DNA of 64,000 bases from Tubulanus polymorphus. Taxonomy: Eukaryota; Animalia; Nemertea. The DNA lies in NCBI RefSeq assembly GCF_964204645.1, contig NC_134028.1, forward strand, positions 15,445,653-15,509,652, given 5' to 3'. Positions within the stretch are counted from its first letter, which is position 1. The number at the start of each line of letters is the position of its first letter. Below the pieces are notes generated by a model. That model was not told where the DNA came from. It saw only the letters and a program-made list of their open reading frames with translations, and searched no databases. The position numbers were made by a program, and so were the translations under genes. Shown piece by piece: positions 47,260 to 60,107 of this stretch.

Positions 47260-47472
47260 GGTAAAAGTGCAGATCCGCACCTCTCGTGATTGACACAATC
47301 TGCTGAATGCAAGAATCCTGGCTAAAATCTTTCTACTCTCTAGTGAAGATATCTTAAAATTAACCAATGGCAATGTACTGAATTGCTGATGACATTTTGA
47401 ATCTGAAACAATGATATTTAACGTAATTGATTGAACCGTTTACGCGGAGAGGTGCGGATCTACACTTTTACC
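47260..47472. repeat. MITE-like inverted repeat
   Basis: ggtaaaagtgcagatccgcacctctc / gagaggtgcggatctacacttttacc. Confidence 0.65.
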
Positions 47473-47724
47473 TTGTTTTAATAGATTTGGTGCACCTTAT
47501 TAAACTTACCCACCGTCAACACACCTGCCGGATGTGAAACAGGGGACGTCCTATTCCAATGACGCTAAAGATTTTGTGTGAATTTTATGGTACTGTAACG
47601 GCGGTATAAATTAAATTCAGCTTAGACTGAGAGTAAAGTATTTTAAGGCAAACTCTAATGGGCTAACTGCACATCGTCGAAAGACTTCTCATCCATCGAT
47701 ACTTGATAAAAATGAAATAAAGCA

Positions 47725-50100
47725 GTGTTGTCTCTGCTGACTATCTGTACGATCTGCCTGTCACCATGTCAAGTAACGAAACGTTCAGTATCTGGATCAG
47801 CCGTGAAGTACCAGACAGTCTGTAGTGGTCCCGATTCGCATGTTAGGGAATGGTCTTCACAGCCAGAACATCAACGGATGGCACTAGGAAATTTACTTGC
47901 TGCTGCGGGTGTCTTCTTCAGTGCTCTGAGCCCAAGTAAGTTCTTCACCATGTGCCAAAGTCTGAACATCAAGATGATAAACTTGCGCCATTTCTTCAGA
48001 CTACAACGGAGTTACCTGAGTTTGGCTATCTATAATGTTTGGACTCGGAATCAGAAGGTAATGGTGACGGAATTACAGAAGCGAATAAAAAAGACGAGAA
48101 ACAAGCTATCGCTAGGTGGAGATGGACGCTGCTGTTCACCGGGCCATACAGCAAAGTATGGTTCGTACTCGATCATCGATATGGAGACCCAAAAAATTCT
48201 GGACTTTCAACTCATTCAGGTAACTCAGGATATCTCAGCTATGTGAAACTCTAACAAGATGTTGAGGTAATTTTTAAACATTCTTAAGGTGAAACCTGAT
48301 TTTTTATTCATTGTTTTTTTTGTAGAGCAACGAAGTAAGAAGTTCAAATTCAATGGAGTTGGAGGGATTCGAACGATGCATGGCATTTTTGAAAGAAAAT
48401 AAACTGGGAGTTAAAGATATTACCACCGATCGTCACGTTCAAATAAAGAAATATTTACGGCAGAAAATGACAAATGTTACCCACTTCTTTGATGCATGGC
48501 ATATATCAAAAGGTATTCAATTTGTAGATATAATAATTAGAATTGTCGAGTCGAGAAGATACACAATATCCATGTAAGATGAATAACGAGCAACGTTTTG
48601 GCTAATAAGTAACTATTAGCCATCATCAGGCGTACTGATGATGGCTAATAGTATTTAGCCGAAACGTTGCTCGAAATATGTACAATTTACAATAGAACTT
48701 TTTATTTTTGGCTGAATCTATTGTGGGAATTCTCTCACAAAATTTTAATTAAAAGGTACCAGGTTTTGGATAATTACATGTATGATTTTATTTAGGAGTA
48801 GTAAAGCAACTCGAAAAAGCAGCAAAACAGAAAAAATTCAAGAGTATTGCAGAGTGGACAAAGTCAATTTCAAATCATCTCTACTGGGTGGCCTCAAGCA
48901 GTGAGGGTGATGCAGAAATGGTGTTAGCGAAATGGAAGTCAATTGTCAACCATGTCGTTGATAAGCATGACGGACATGGCGAGAAATTTAAACAATGCGA
49001 ACACGGCGATTTGGAGGAAAGAAATTGGCTCAAGTCAGGTTAGTGTGTCTGACAGTATGAAGATTTCTTATTTAGAGGATGTTTGGAGTAATAAGACTGT
49101 ATACTCCAAGGAAAATGTTAAAATAATTTTTTCAAAATCTATGTATGATACACAGAATTGGTGTGAGACTGAATATTGAGATAAAAATTAATTGAAAATG
49201 AAGTTATTTTGGTCGAGTATGTCTGATATCTAAGTAGCTCCATCTGATGGGATAGCTGGTACCCTATTGTTTTGATATGGAAATCATTACAAATCTGAAT
49301 AAATTTTGAAATTTCAGGAGTTTTTACCTCCAAATAAGACGACTGAGTGAATACATGCATTCAATTTTCTTTTTCTCATATCATTATTCGTTTTAGGTTC
49401 TGCGTGCCACAAACTGCTCAAAGACATTGTCTTAAAACGAAATCTCCTGGCAGATATTGGAGAAGTAGCCCCAAGTTCGCAAACATCCGCCTTGGAGTCC
49501 TACCACAAAATTGTGATATACTTTGCCCCAAAATCGATGCATTTCTTCTATGATTCAATGTTGTCGAGGTAAAGAATTGTTTAGTTATATATCAAATATT
49601 CGTTTGTCAATGTTTACCCAAAATTGTTCATTGTGGCATCCATTTTCAGGCTTCAGCTCTCAGCTATGCACTTTAATGAAAACAGTGTTCGCGAACAGGC
49701 AGTTGACAAATCTGGCAATCCACAATTCAAATTGTCGTATCCAAAGGCTCGTCATGGTGCACCAGTAGCGAAAGAAGTGAAAGTCCCAATTACCTACAGT
49801 GAGTTTTACTAAATTTCAATTTTTTGAAAAATGCTGCAACATCTCTTTACAGAAACTGTTTCTGATTTTGAATGCACACTTAATTCAATTTTAGATTATT
49901 TGTCCGACTGTATGAATGAGGTGATAAGATTAAGAATGGAACACGAGAATCATCAGGCAGCTTCTAGAGCATGGAAGGAAATAAGTGTGGCAAGTGAGAA
50001 GGGAAATGTTGTGGATAAATTTGATCGGACTGATATCGTGAAAGAAGAAGTCGTTTTAGCTCATGTTAGCCGATTTAATCTACCTGTGAAATCTAAGTAA
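47725..50100 (+). CDS. Kolobok DDE transposase (multi-exon; 5' exons unresolved)
   Basis: WSSQP..GNLL; GDGRCCSPGHTAKYGSY; MELEG; TTDRH; DAWHISKG; NHLYW; CEHGDL; QTSALESYH..FAPK; AMHFNEN. Confidence 0.85.
48587..48673. ncRNA. Palindromic Penelope-like remnant with hammerhead-ribozyme core
   Basis: CTGATGA-t-ggctaa(loop)ttagcc-GAAACG at 48635-48666, with an inverted copy just upstream, inside an intron. Confidence 0.55.
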
Positions 50101-50221
50101 AACACAAAGACATCTTAACAATGCATAGATCTGATTTATTATGTAATGATACAATGTACAAAAATGATATGGCAAATACAACATTTTATATATAAATCCC
50201 TTTTACTTGTCATCCACGAAC

Positions 50222-51406
50222 CTATAACCTCTCTGGTATAGCTGGGTACTCAAAGCCGGTATAAAGTTCATTTGGAGAAGGCCACTTAAGTCGTATTGTT
50301 GAGACAACACAGGAAGGCAGGATACGACGATTTCCACGACCAAGTATGCCCCATGCCCAACGACAGAAACGACGGTACGCAATGTGTCGATATAATCTGG
50401 AAATTAGTATAAACGTGAGAAAGTTGAATTAGAACAAAAATTAAATGGTCAAAATATTTTGTGACGATTTAACTAGGTGTGTTGTTGTATATTTGTAAAA
50501 CAAAATTGTTTTACCTTCTGTTTAGTTTTAATAATGTCATAAATATTTTAATATTAATTTACTAAGCAGTATGTTTTTGATAATCACAGGTATGCATTAT
50601 TTTTTAATGAATTTTTAAGGAACTTACTCTCCAACTGGTTCCTCATCACCTACAGGCCAGTTATCTCGGAAGAAATCATAAAAACATACTTTTAAGACCT
50701 CGGGCTCGAGGCAGTTTGCTCTGAAACCATGCACTTCAGTAATGCAGAGTACATTGTTGGCAGTGCTTATTTCTTTAAGGCATTGAAACTCTTGGCAGCA
50801 CACATTCATTCGAGTTTTTTCCATAACGCTGCAGATATTTCTGCACAAACACCTAAAAATATATTCATTTTAACTATTGTATACTATCTAATTATTTCTT
50901 ACCTGAAAAAAAAAATTTGCTCAGCGAATAATCACTAGATTTCCTCGTTATTTTTGGCGCAAAAGAAAAAAGAGGGTTTTATTCACCTTTATTTTATACA
51001 AAAATAGTCTTGCCCACTGAGGAGAGTAGAAATGTAAACCGGGAAATTTGTTTTGCAAACAAGCGGCAACAATAAAGTTTATTGAATTTGTTTCGATCAG
51101 CTGATTGACGTAAACAATTTTACCAAATGCCAGAATCCAACATGGGAATTAATCTACGCAGCCCTAAACGTATTTATTCTTATTTAATTAATAAAAATAT
51201 CCTACATACCAGTCCGTATTGTCAGCTAGCTGACGATATTCTTCATCACTGCTTATATCGTCTGAAGATGAAGCCGAGTTGTCGTCGTCGGAGTTAGGCC
51301 TAATTTCCCTATTTGCTGCTAGCGGTTCAAACATGTAAGGAGCTACGTTACTTACGTTCCTTGCATCTATTTCAGTTATATCCAAAATTTCTTCATCCGA
51401 TGACAT
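50222..51406 (-). CDS. KolX accessory protein (P2X7 C-terminal/ballast-like Cys-rich domain), 3 exons
   Basis: Exons 51406-51210, 50852-50628 and 50396-50222 give PYMFEP..WCLCRNICSVM..VCCQE..CITE..F...CL..YRHIAYRRFCRWAWGILGRGNRRILPSCVVSTIR..P....YTGF. Confidence 0.88.
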
Positions 51407-53279
51407 TTTGCGACAATAGCACGAATGAATAGCGCTTGAATCGACGTATTGTTCTATTGTTATCGCAACATTGGCGAGATCGCTTGTCGGAACCTACGTC
51501 ACGGCATCGGGCCACCTATCGGAATTTTTATGAACTGGCGTTTCGGCAAATACCGTAAAAAGTGAAATTTGAACCACCAATTTGAAACCAATGATCAATT
51601 TATTTCTTGCTTAATTGTCTCTATAATCAATTTTTTAATATAAAAAAAACTTCTGATGAAGTAAAATCGCGGATATAATTAGAGGTCATAGGACCTTTAA
51701 AGGACTGGTTGTTTTTTTCATGGTAGCCTCAGGAAAGGTCTGGTGAAGGAGTTGCTCCATACAACGGAGGGCCAGTATTGACGCTGCTTGAGTTACGGGA
51801 GTCACATTTGCAGTTAGTACAGAATAAAATCTACTCCAACACTTTTCCCGCGCATTGGGTGTAGACAGAGAGTTTAAATTTTGGAGTACGTCGCGATTTA
51901 TCCATTCCAAGCTGTTTGCTAATTCACCAGCTGTAAAATAAAGCACTTTATAAATTTTTCCTGATTATTATAAACTACAGTGTAGGCAATATAAATGTAA
52001 ATACCTGTGTTCTTTTATAGATGATCTTTAACCTGATCTGAAATTATTTGGTCCTCCAAAATCTTCGAAACTTCTCGGCTAACCAATAGCTCTGTCAAGA
52101 TGTTTTTCTGGAATTTTAATATTATTTTCTTTTATGTATATATGTACATATTGTAAATAATAGTGATAAATCTAGTGATACAAAACTTTGATTTAGCTGT
52201 TTTACCAGAGACCTGTCAATGTCACTTGGTTGACTAAGTATAATCGTCTATAATCATTGCATGACTTATTAAGAATTAATTTTTGTCCATGAAATACTTA
52301 CATCAGATTGTTGGTCAGGCACTGCATTATATTCATTAGGGTCAAAGTAAATATCATCCCATTCCTACAGAAAAATTAAAAGCTGTTGATGCTACTACTT
52401 CATTCATGCTAATTTTCATTCTAGAGGCCTACCCTTGCCTATCCTTTGGTTCGTCGCGGTTTATTCAAACCATTTCAATTGGAAAAAATCGGCAATGGAA
52501 TCTCTATTCGTAGAAATTATGAAAAAAATATGTTTCAATAAAATATACCTCTAATATAAGCTTAATCAGCAACTTGCAATCACTGTTTACCCCCCTCATC
52601 GGATACTTCCTTAGTCGCTATCTTCGAAGACTATCGCCGCCGGTGGTGGCGCTGCAACAAACGAAACATGGGATAAGGAAATGTGTTGATGACGTCACGA
52701 GTCGGCCTTCCCTTCCGTTATAGTTCTATGATTCAACAGCATCACGCCTTATCTCACTGAGCTACCGAGGCCACTCGATTCAATTCCAAAAAACTACAGC
52801 AGCGGCAAATAACCATCGCAATATTGCAATTTACGACAAACAACGCGTAAATTCAATCACTGTTTAACGCATGGAAAAGATAAAATGTATTTTTTCCCGG
52901 CGCGCATTACAATGAAGCGGAATACCGGGATTCGGGGTAGCGTGCTCTGGCAAGTGACTGCAAAAATCTACTTCCGTTTCCGTTAAAATTCATAACGTCA
53001 AGTCTAAGGTCTCAACTCTCGGAATTTCCTCGACCAAGAGGGAATACAGGTAACTCTCTCTCTCTCTTTCTATAATCCTATACATTTAAGGAAAAAGTTG
53101 CATATAGGCGTCGCTTCTAGGGTTCGCTCACGTCACTAGCATCTGGGAGGTAGAGAAGCTAGAAGGGGAAAATTTTCTTGTTTTCCTCCATGAGATTTAA
53201 CGCGCAAAAATATGTCAAGTCTTCCTCTGGTGAGTGAGAATACGTAAAGGAGTCCTAATTCTCAGTGATAAGTCATAAT

Positions 53280-54935
53280 TGTAACACGGGTGACTGAATG
53301 TCCTCACAAATCACCCATGAAAAAGGCGTGTGCATGTATGAAAAACTGTGACCAAAAGAATTAATAGAAGAATCATGAATGAGTCAAATAAAATAAAAAT
53401 CCCCTAGCTTTCTCTCCGACTGAGGAGGAAATACAGGACTGCGTCCAGCGCTACAAGTATTTCCGGCCTCCACAGCCGACCTGATCAGGCGTTTAGCTTC
53501 AAAAAGAATAATAGATACCAACTAAATAAAACGAGGAGCATTCACCAATATTTGGCCTCTCCCACTAGAGGGTGCCCTCAATGCTTCCCCTTTTTGAAGA
53601 CTTACATGATGCCCTAAACTCTCCAACCCACAAGATTCTTCAAGAATATTTTATGGTGTCACAGAATCCCAAAAATGCACAAGAAAATCCTTTCCTCAAT
53701 TGATAGTAAATCCGACACCACAAAAATAGTTTAGGGAAAAAGGCAAAGATTTAGAATTTTATGTATATGATAATATTCTCTTGAATACTATTTATTATTT
53801 CTTGGAAATATTCGAATAATGAACAATATATACACAACCTCGAGGTTATCTCTTATTTACAACATTTAAGGTAGATAAGATGGCCAACCGGCCACCAAAG
53901 GAGGAGATTAACAAGGGCATATTGCCCTTAATACAAGTGCACGACTCGCACCAGAATTCAATAGTATTAGGAATAAAGATTTCAGATATTCTAACATTAC
54001 GACTCAACAATAGTTACTTAAACCCTGCGCTCGTTTTACGCTAAAGAAGATGTAACTCTAACTAAGTGCTCTTAATAAAGATAAGAATTTTCGCTATATT
54101 TAATCATAGTTCCAGTTAAGTATTTATTTAATCATTCTTCCTATTATGTTTATGTAAGAGATGGTCACTACTCCGAAAACTCAAAAGTTGAGGGAAAAAC
54201 CAAGAGAGGAAATCGGAAAGAAGAATACTTTCGGGGAATAATTCGAAGGAGAAAACCTCCTTGAACCCTGAAAGATTATTTTCCGAAAACATCTTGGAAG
54301 AAAAACAACTTTGAGAATAAGGACCAAGAAATACTTAAAGAGAATCAGTGCTAAGTATGACTTACTAAGAAAATTAGATTAATCCCTCCCCCCATAGTTC
54401 AAAATCTTAGTAATACACACCTAAGAATGTGCACCGAGACTAATTAATAAAGCACATTTTTGCCTTTTATAGAGCCCAGATTATGACGTAACCCCATCTA
54501 ATTGGTTAAAACAAAGCACCCCGAGCACACAATATAATTAAGAACCGTATAGTGGCGCCATCTCGGGCACAGAGCACAGCATAAAAATATCGATTTAAGC
54601 ACGGGAACATCGATTAAGGCACATTAACTCGAAAAATACAAACCGGGAGTGACCCGAACACATAGAAAAGGTCTTTAGGTACAGTTTTTGAATTCAGATT
54701 AAATCATACAATATTTCATTAAGATAGAAATAAAAATAGTTTCTAATCCACCAGACCGAAGTCCAAAGCATTAAACATTCTTGTCTCAGAGTTACAAATA
54801 CATTATAAGGTTTTATTTTACATCATACAAACTTTTAATAGGAATTTAATATGAATTTTAGACTGAGCTGGGGAGGACTCTGCAGCTCGAAAATAAAAAG
54901 AACAGAACGAAGTGAAACGAATTTCCGCTACAACA
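53280..54935 (-). mobile_element. Possible long solo LTR
   Basis: Minus strand starts TGTTGTAGCGG and ends GTGTTACA, with CCAAT, TATAAAA (~54470) and AATAAA in order. No TSD was found. Confidence 0.35.
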
Positions 54936-55886
54936 AAGCGAATCTCTGCCGAGTGCGTAAGAGGGTGCTACCGCCTTATGAGTGCGCAGCAGGCGGGTAG
55001 TGCGTCCTAAAGTGAAAACTTATATTAGAATATAGCCGAATCGAATTTTACAATGTCAGTCAACTGATTGATGATACAACATGGTTGTTCTCGGCGTACT
55101 TAACAATGATATTTTCCTCCAATAAACAACTCTGGTAAAATTGAATAAAATGATCTATCTTTATTGGTGATATCGTATCATGGTGGTAGCCTACCGTTTA
55201 CCGTTTGATGTTTCGTGTCATCATGAAATGGTTTTAACTTTAGTAAAGGCATTCCGCACGATCACATCTGGGTTTCATTCACGAGTAGGCTGCCGTTCCA
55301 CTGCTCTAGAAATACGTTTTCTGACGCTGAGAATTAATCCCAAATAATCCCATGGATACTGATAGTTGGAATAACAGTGATATCCAAACACTGTGATATT
55401 CATAAACCGCAGGTACATAATTCTATGTGTTTCTATTCAGAAGAGGCTGTTCCCCATTCTTTACTGCCAATGTCAATGCGGACATATCGCTACGCAATTG
55501 TTTAACCCGCTCTCATCAACCAGATAATGAACGAGAAAAATGCGATCGAATAACTTTTTGGACCATTAAATCAGAAATCTGGCGACGCTATGTTGTGGGG
55601 AATAATTGAAACATTTTTTTAGTAATTTTCAGCTGTTTCTAATGTTTTACGTGAACAGAGTGACAATTTGAAGTTACTATGGAAATGAGAAGAGTCGGCG
55701 CTATTTTTTCGTACTACTATTTTCGATCCATTTTACTAGTATTGGCATGACGTCATAGACGTCAACCAATGCTAAAAACAATAACGTCAATACTAGTATT
55801 AACACAAAGAGATACTAGTATTAACCCAAAGAGATACTAGTATCATTTTATAATACTTATATTTTTTCGCTTTTTTGCAAAAATAA

Positions 55887-56754
55887 ATGTCAAAGAAATC
55901 TAATAAGAATAGATTGATATTGAAAAGACAATTGTGGATTTAGGTATTACTGGCAATAATGATACAGTTGTTTCCAATTGTATTCAAAATGATAATATTG
56001 ATTATAAATACTATTCAACATGTAAGCACCATCTAGAATTACTAATTGCCGGCGGCAAATCTAAAGAGTTTTTAAATAGAATTATAACTTTTCAAGAATT
56101 AGATAATATGAAACCAGATAAAGTAATCAAGCATTTCAAAATATACGAAGAAGCTGTTACACGCGAGTCAAAGACAAATCCTCTGATGTGGAGTAAACGT
56201 CCAAGCTAACAAGAAACTGCTAACAACAGATATAAAATAGCGCGACACATTAATAGTTCCAAGAACGGCCTAGGTCTGACTGACTAATACAAGCCCGGCA
56301 GTGGTATATATATTAGCAGGCATTAAGGAGGCACAAACTGTGACAGCTGGATTAAACCAGTGACCCACTGCCAAAAATGCTAGTCAGCCAGGCAGTACAA
56401 TACAATTCTTACAATATAATACCAGGTAACAAAGCTAGATTAGCTAGAATAAATGACTCTATTGGTGATGGAATAGTTAAATGTTATTCTAAATTGTGTA
56501 ACCGAGTAATTCCAATTGATGATGAAAATAAATTATATAGTGATTTGAAAAATGACTATTTAGTAATGACAGAACTACAAAAATGGGTTGGATACGCTTC
56601 ATTCCAATTAGGTGGAATAATGACATTAATTTCTACTGGTTTAATAACATTTTCTAATATCAAACCTATAGTATGTAAAGATAATAGTAAATCAGAAAAT
56701 ATCGAAACAGATATTGAATCAGAACAAAAATTAAGTAAAATAAATGAGTGCTGA
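55887..56754 (+). pseudogene. ~200-aa Polinton protein split by a solo LTR
   Basis: KIYEEA|RLARIND is rejoined after removing the LTR. Confidence 0.8.
56155..56431. mobile_element. 277-bp solo LTR
   Basis: TGTTAC...GTAACA termini and 4-bp TSD AAGC. Confidence 0.88.
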
Positions 56755-57112
56755 TATTCAGAAAAAGCCTAGATCTGAAAAACAAATTAAATGGGCTAGG
56801 AAGTTAGGTAAAAGATCTTCAGAATTAAAAAGAGCTAAGAAAAAGAAATTAAATGATATAAATGAATCACAGAAATTATCTGTTATTAATTCGAATGATA
56901 ATCCATCTAATGCTTCCAATACTGGAAGAAATAATTACTTATATATTACAATTGGGATAATCACAGTTATCATATTCTCTGGTGTAATATATAAATATGA
57001 ATTCAAATCTAATAATAATGATAATAATGATAGTAGTGATAATTATAAACCTATGATACCAGAAAATAAATCAAATGATAAAATCATTGAAAATAAATCA
57101 AGATTACTATAA
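56744..57112 (+). CDS. 122-aa basic/TM protein
   Basis: Paralog of 33721-34089. Confidence 0.8.
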   Translation: MSADIQKKPRSEKQIKWARKLGKRSSELKRAKKKKLNDINESQKLSVINSNDNPSNASNTGRNNYLYITIGIITVIIFSGVIYKYEFKSNNNDNNDSSDNYKPMIPENKSNDKIIENKSRLL

Positions 57113-57127
57113 ATGGATTAAAATAAG

Positions 57128-58134
57128 ATGAAAAAAGAACAATATTTAAGAGATTTATATTATAACCCAGAGAGTGAAGTATCATATTCTAGTGTTTCAG
57201 AATTATGGGATAAAATTAAATCTGATAAAGAAAATATAAAATATAGTGAACTAATATTATGGTTACAAAATCAACCAACGTATCAAATCCATAAAAAATG
57301 GATAAAAACTATTTAACAAGGAAAGTTATGGTTTCATATATTGATCAACAATGGCAAGCAGATTTGATTGACATGAAGACCTTAGAAGTATACAACAAAG
57401 GATATTTCTGGATATTAAATGTTATAGATATATTCAGTAGATACGCATGGTCAATTCCAATCAAAAATAAAACTGGTTTAGAAGTTACTAATGCGTTCAA
57501 ATTAATATTTAAAGAAGCTATCCAAGATAAGATACAATTTGATGAAGGTAAGGTATTCTATAATAAACATTTAAAAAAACTAATATCTGATAACAATATA
57601 GAATATTTTTCAACGCATTCAGATAAAAAAGCATCTATTATAGAAAGATTTAAATAAAACATTGAAATCTAGAATGTGGAAATATTTTACAGCAAATGAA
57701 ACATATAAATATATCGATTTATTAGATGATTTAGTGAAAGGTTATAATAATTCTAAACATTCAAGTATTGGTATGAAACCTATACAAGCCAGAAAAGAAG
57801 ATAATTCAGAAATAGTTTGGAATAATTTATATGGTGCGTTTGTAACACATGATTTTGGAGAACCTAAATTTTAAATTGGACAACATGTTAGAATATCTAA
57901 ATATCGAAAACATTTTATAAAGGTTATACTCCAAATTTTACTGAAGAAATATTCAAGAATAAAAAGATAATATTAAGTAAACCATTTGTGTATAAATTGG
58001 AAGATTTAAAAGATGAAGAAATATTAGGTTATTTTTATGAACATGAATTATCACTTGTACCGAATCCAGATGAAATAGAATACAAATTTAATGAATGGAT
58101 TTTATCTAGTAAAATTAAAAGAATTAATGAATAA
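57128..58134 (+). pseudogene. Integrase, several frameshifts, chromodomain partly deleted
   Basis: WQADLID, QFDEGK and ERF; EYK is joined directly to FNEWIL. Confidence 0.88.
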
Positions 58135-59750
58135 AGATTTATTTATATTTGAGCCGCATAAAATGTTAGTAACTGGAGTAACCAACTGCGGTAAAACACA
58201 TTTCATATTAGATTTGTTAGAAACTATCTATAAAAATCATTTTGATAATATAATATTATTCTGCCCTACTTATGAAATGAATAAAACATATAATTGGGAT
58301 ATAGTTAATGGCCGACTTCAAGTATAAAAGGCCCATCATCTGTCAGACATGGCAGTATCTCTGAACCCATGGAGCAGTCAAGAGCTCCAGCGTTGAAACT
58401 GGTATTTCCCTAATATCTCCGTCAGTTAACCGATTTGGACCCTCCTTTTTAAGTCAGGGATATGTGTAAACATGTAATATAGTCATATCTACGGCTTAAA
58501 ATTTAGTTTAAGCCCTCCTTCATGCATAAATTAGCAATTTACTTAGTGCATTCTTCAAACTTTCAAATCTTTGAATGACAAGCTGGGAGGAGTTACTCAC
58601 CTCACCACAGAGAGCACAGTGACCTGTAGTCATAAACCTATATAAACAAAACAGTTGCAGCTCTCTAGTGTAAGCTAGTGTAAGTAGGGATATGTGTAAA
58701 CATGTAATATAGTCATATCTACGGCTTAAAATTTAGTTTAAGCCCTCCTTCATGCATAAATTAGCAATTTACTTAGTGCATTCTTCAAACTTTCAAATCT
58801 TTGAATGACAAGCTGGGAGGAGTTACTCACCTCACCACAGAGAGCACAGTGACCTGTAGTCATAAACCTATATAAACAAAACAGTTGCAGCTCTCTAGTG
58901 CCTAATTTTGGGGGTTAGAAAACTTTTGACCTGAAAGTTGTGTCAAACTGAAAATTTATATATCATCTTAACTCCTTATCAGTAAAAATGTGTGAAAATT
59001 TCATCAAAATCGGACAAAAATTGAATATATTGAAAATACAGATTTTATGTTCAACATTATTACTGGAGGAATTCTTATCAAAAAACATCGACAAAATCAG
59101 CGAATTCTAATTAATAAGATTACTATGACTAAAATGATATCAAACATATACGAAAACAGTTTTTTTTTATGTGTCAGTGTGATACTGGTGTGAGCCAGAT
59201 GTTCCAGTAAACACTTTAAACAAACTACCGCTTGCTAGTTGCTAGTGGGATGTGGCCTGCACTGCATATCTCAAGTACCAACCGGCGGGTTTTTGGACCT
59301 CCATTTAAGTCGGCCTTTAAGATAAAAAAGATTAATATATTAGATCCTAAAACAGTAAAAGAAAATTTAGATAATTGTATAAAAATAGCAATTGATATTT
59401 ATAAAGGATCAAATACATTATTCATTGTGGATGATTGTGCAAATTTACATGATTCAAAAGTTAGAGAAAGTGAGTTATGTTATTTAGCTTTCTCTGGGAG
59501 ACATTTTGGGATAACAACTTGGGTTTTAAATCAAAAATATAATTCAATTGTGAAAGATTTTAGGGAGAATATAAGATTTTTAGTTTTATTTTATAACAAA
59601 GATAGAAAATCTATGCAACAATCATTGCAAGAAAATCAAATTATACCTACTGCATTACATGATGAATATATGAATAAATTAAAAAGTAATAAAGGTTCAA
59701 AATAAATTCTGAGGCTTCAATTTCCCTATGAATATAAATTTATAAAATAA
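58127..59750 (+). pseudogene. Packaging ATPase split by a TTAA element
   Basis: GVTNCGKT lies before the insert and IVDDC/SGRH after it. Confidence 0.88.
58309..59316. mobile_element. Non-autonomous TTAA-targeting (Kolobok-like) element with internal ~215-bp duplication
   Basis: TTAA|tggccgactt ... aagtcggcct|TTAA. 58456-58670 is repeated at 58686-58900. Confidence 0.8.
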
Positions 59751-60107
59751 GACATTTTAAGCATTAATGTATTTGGTACGTATTAGATACATATTAGATA
59801 CATAAATACTTAAAACCCATATATTAAATACGCCATTAAATACGTATTAGATACATTAATACTAAAAACCCCTTTTTAAGAAAAATAAATATTATTTATT
59901 TTAATTTTTCAACTAATATATTTTTAATTTTTCAACTAATATTTGAATAAGTTTGAAAATAACCTCAGTAAAAGGTATTTCAAATAATATGTACTAAATG
60001 CGTATTAAATATGTATTAGATACATAAATACTTTAAACCCCCTTTTTTAATCACTATTATTTTATACAATTTTCAACCAATATATTATATTTACTATCTG
60101 AATCACT

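Larger units (their letters stand above)
44429..51696 (+). mobile_element. Kolobok DNA transposon
   Basis: 16-bp TIR AGGTCCTATGACCTCT, TTAA TSD (44425-44428 and 51697-51700), and convergent transposase and KolX genes. Confidence 0.93.
43969..52620 (-). pseudogene. Second, convergent multi-exon gene of the P element (YIAGY...RGGL domain), interrupted by Kolobok
   Basis: Removing 44429-51700 gives in-frame ...EATMKKTTSPLTEKEEEVVFYIAGYLLKK...LMNRGGLTKP...; after one A-run frameshift it ends KSKALRDSL*. The 5' exons are approximate. Confidence 0.75.
38869..52730 (+). mobile_element. P-superfamily DNA transposon
   Basis: Perfect 32-bp TIR catagaactataacggaagggaaggccgactc, 7-bp TSD ATTCAAC and a THAP transposase. 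Confidence 0.95.
38680..52772 (-). mobile_element. tRNA-derived SINE split by the P element (head 52731-52772, remainder 38680-38868)
   Basis: Rejoined minus strand reads ggcctcggTAGCTCAGTGAG (A box)...gttgaat...GGTTCGAGTCC (B box)...(CAAA)n tail. Confidence 0.8.
38183..55778 (-). mobile_element. Helentron/HINE-like element splitting copy C and hosting nested insertions
   Basis: Subterminal inverted repeats agcattggt (38206-38214) / accaatgct (55765-55773), terminal palindrome aggcccatgggcct (38189-38202), and A/T-run boundaries. Confidence 0.55.
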
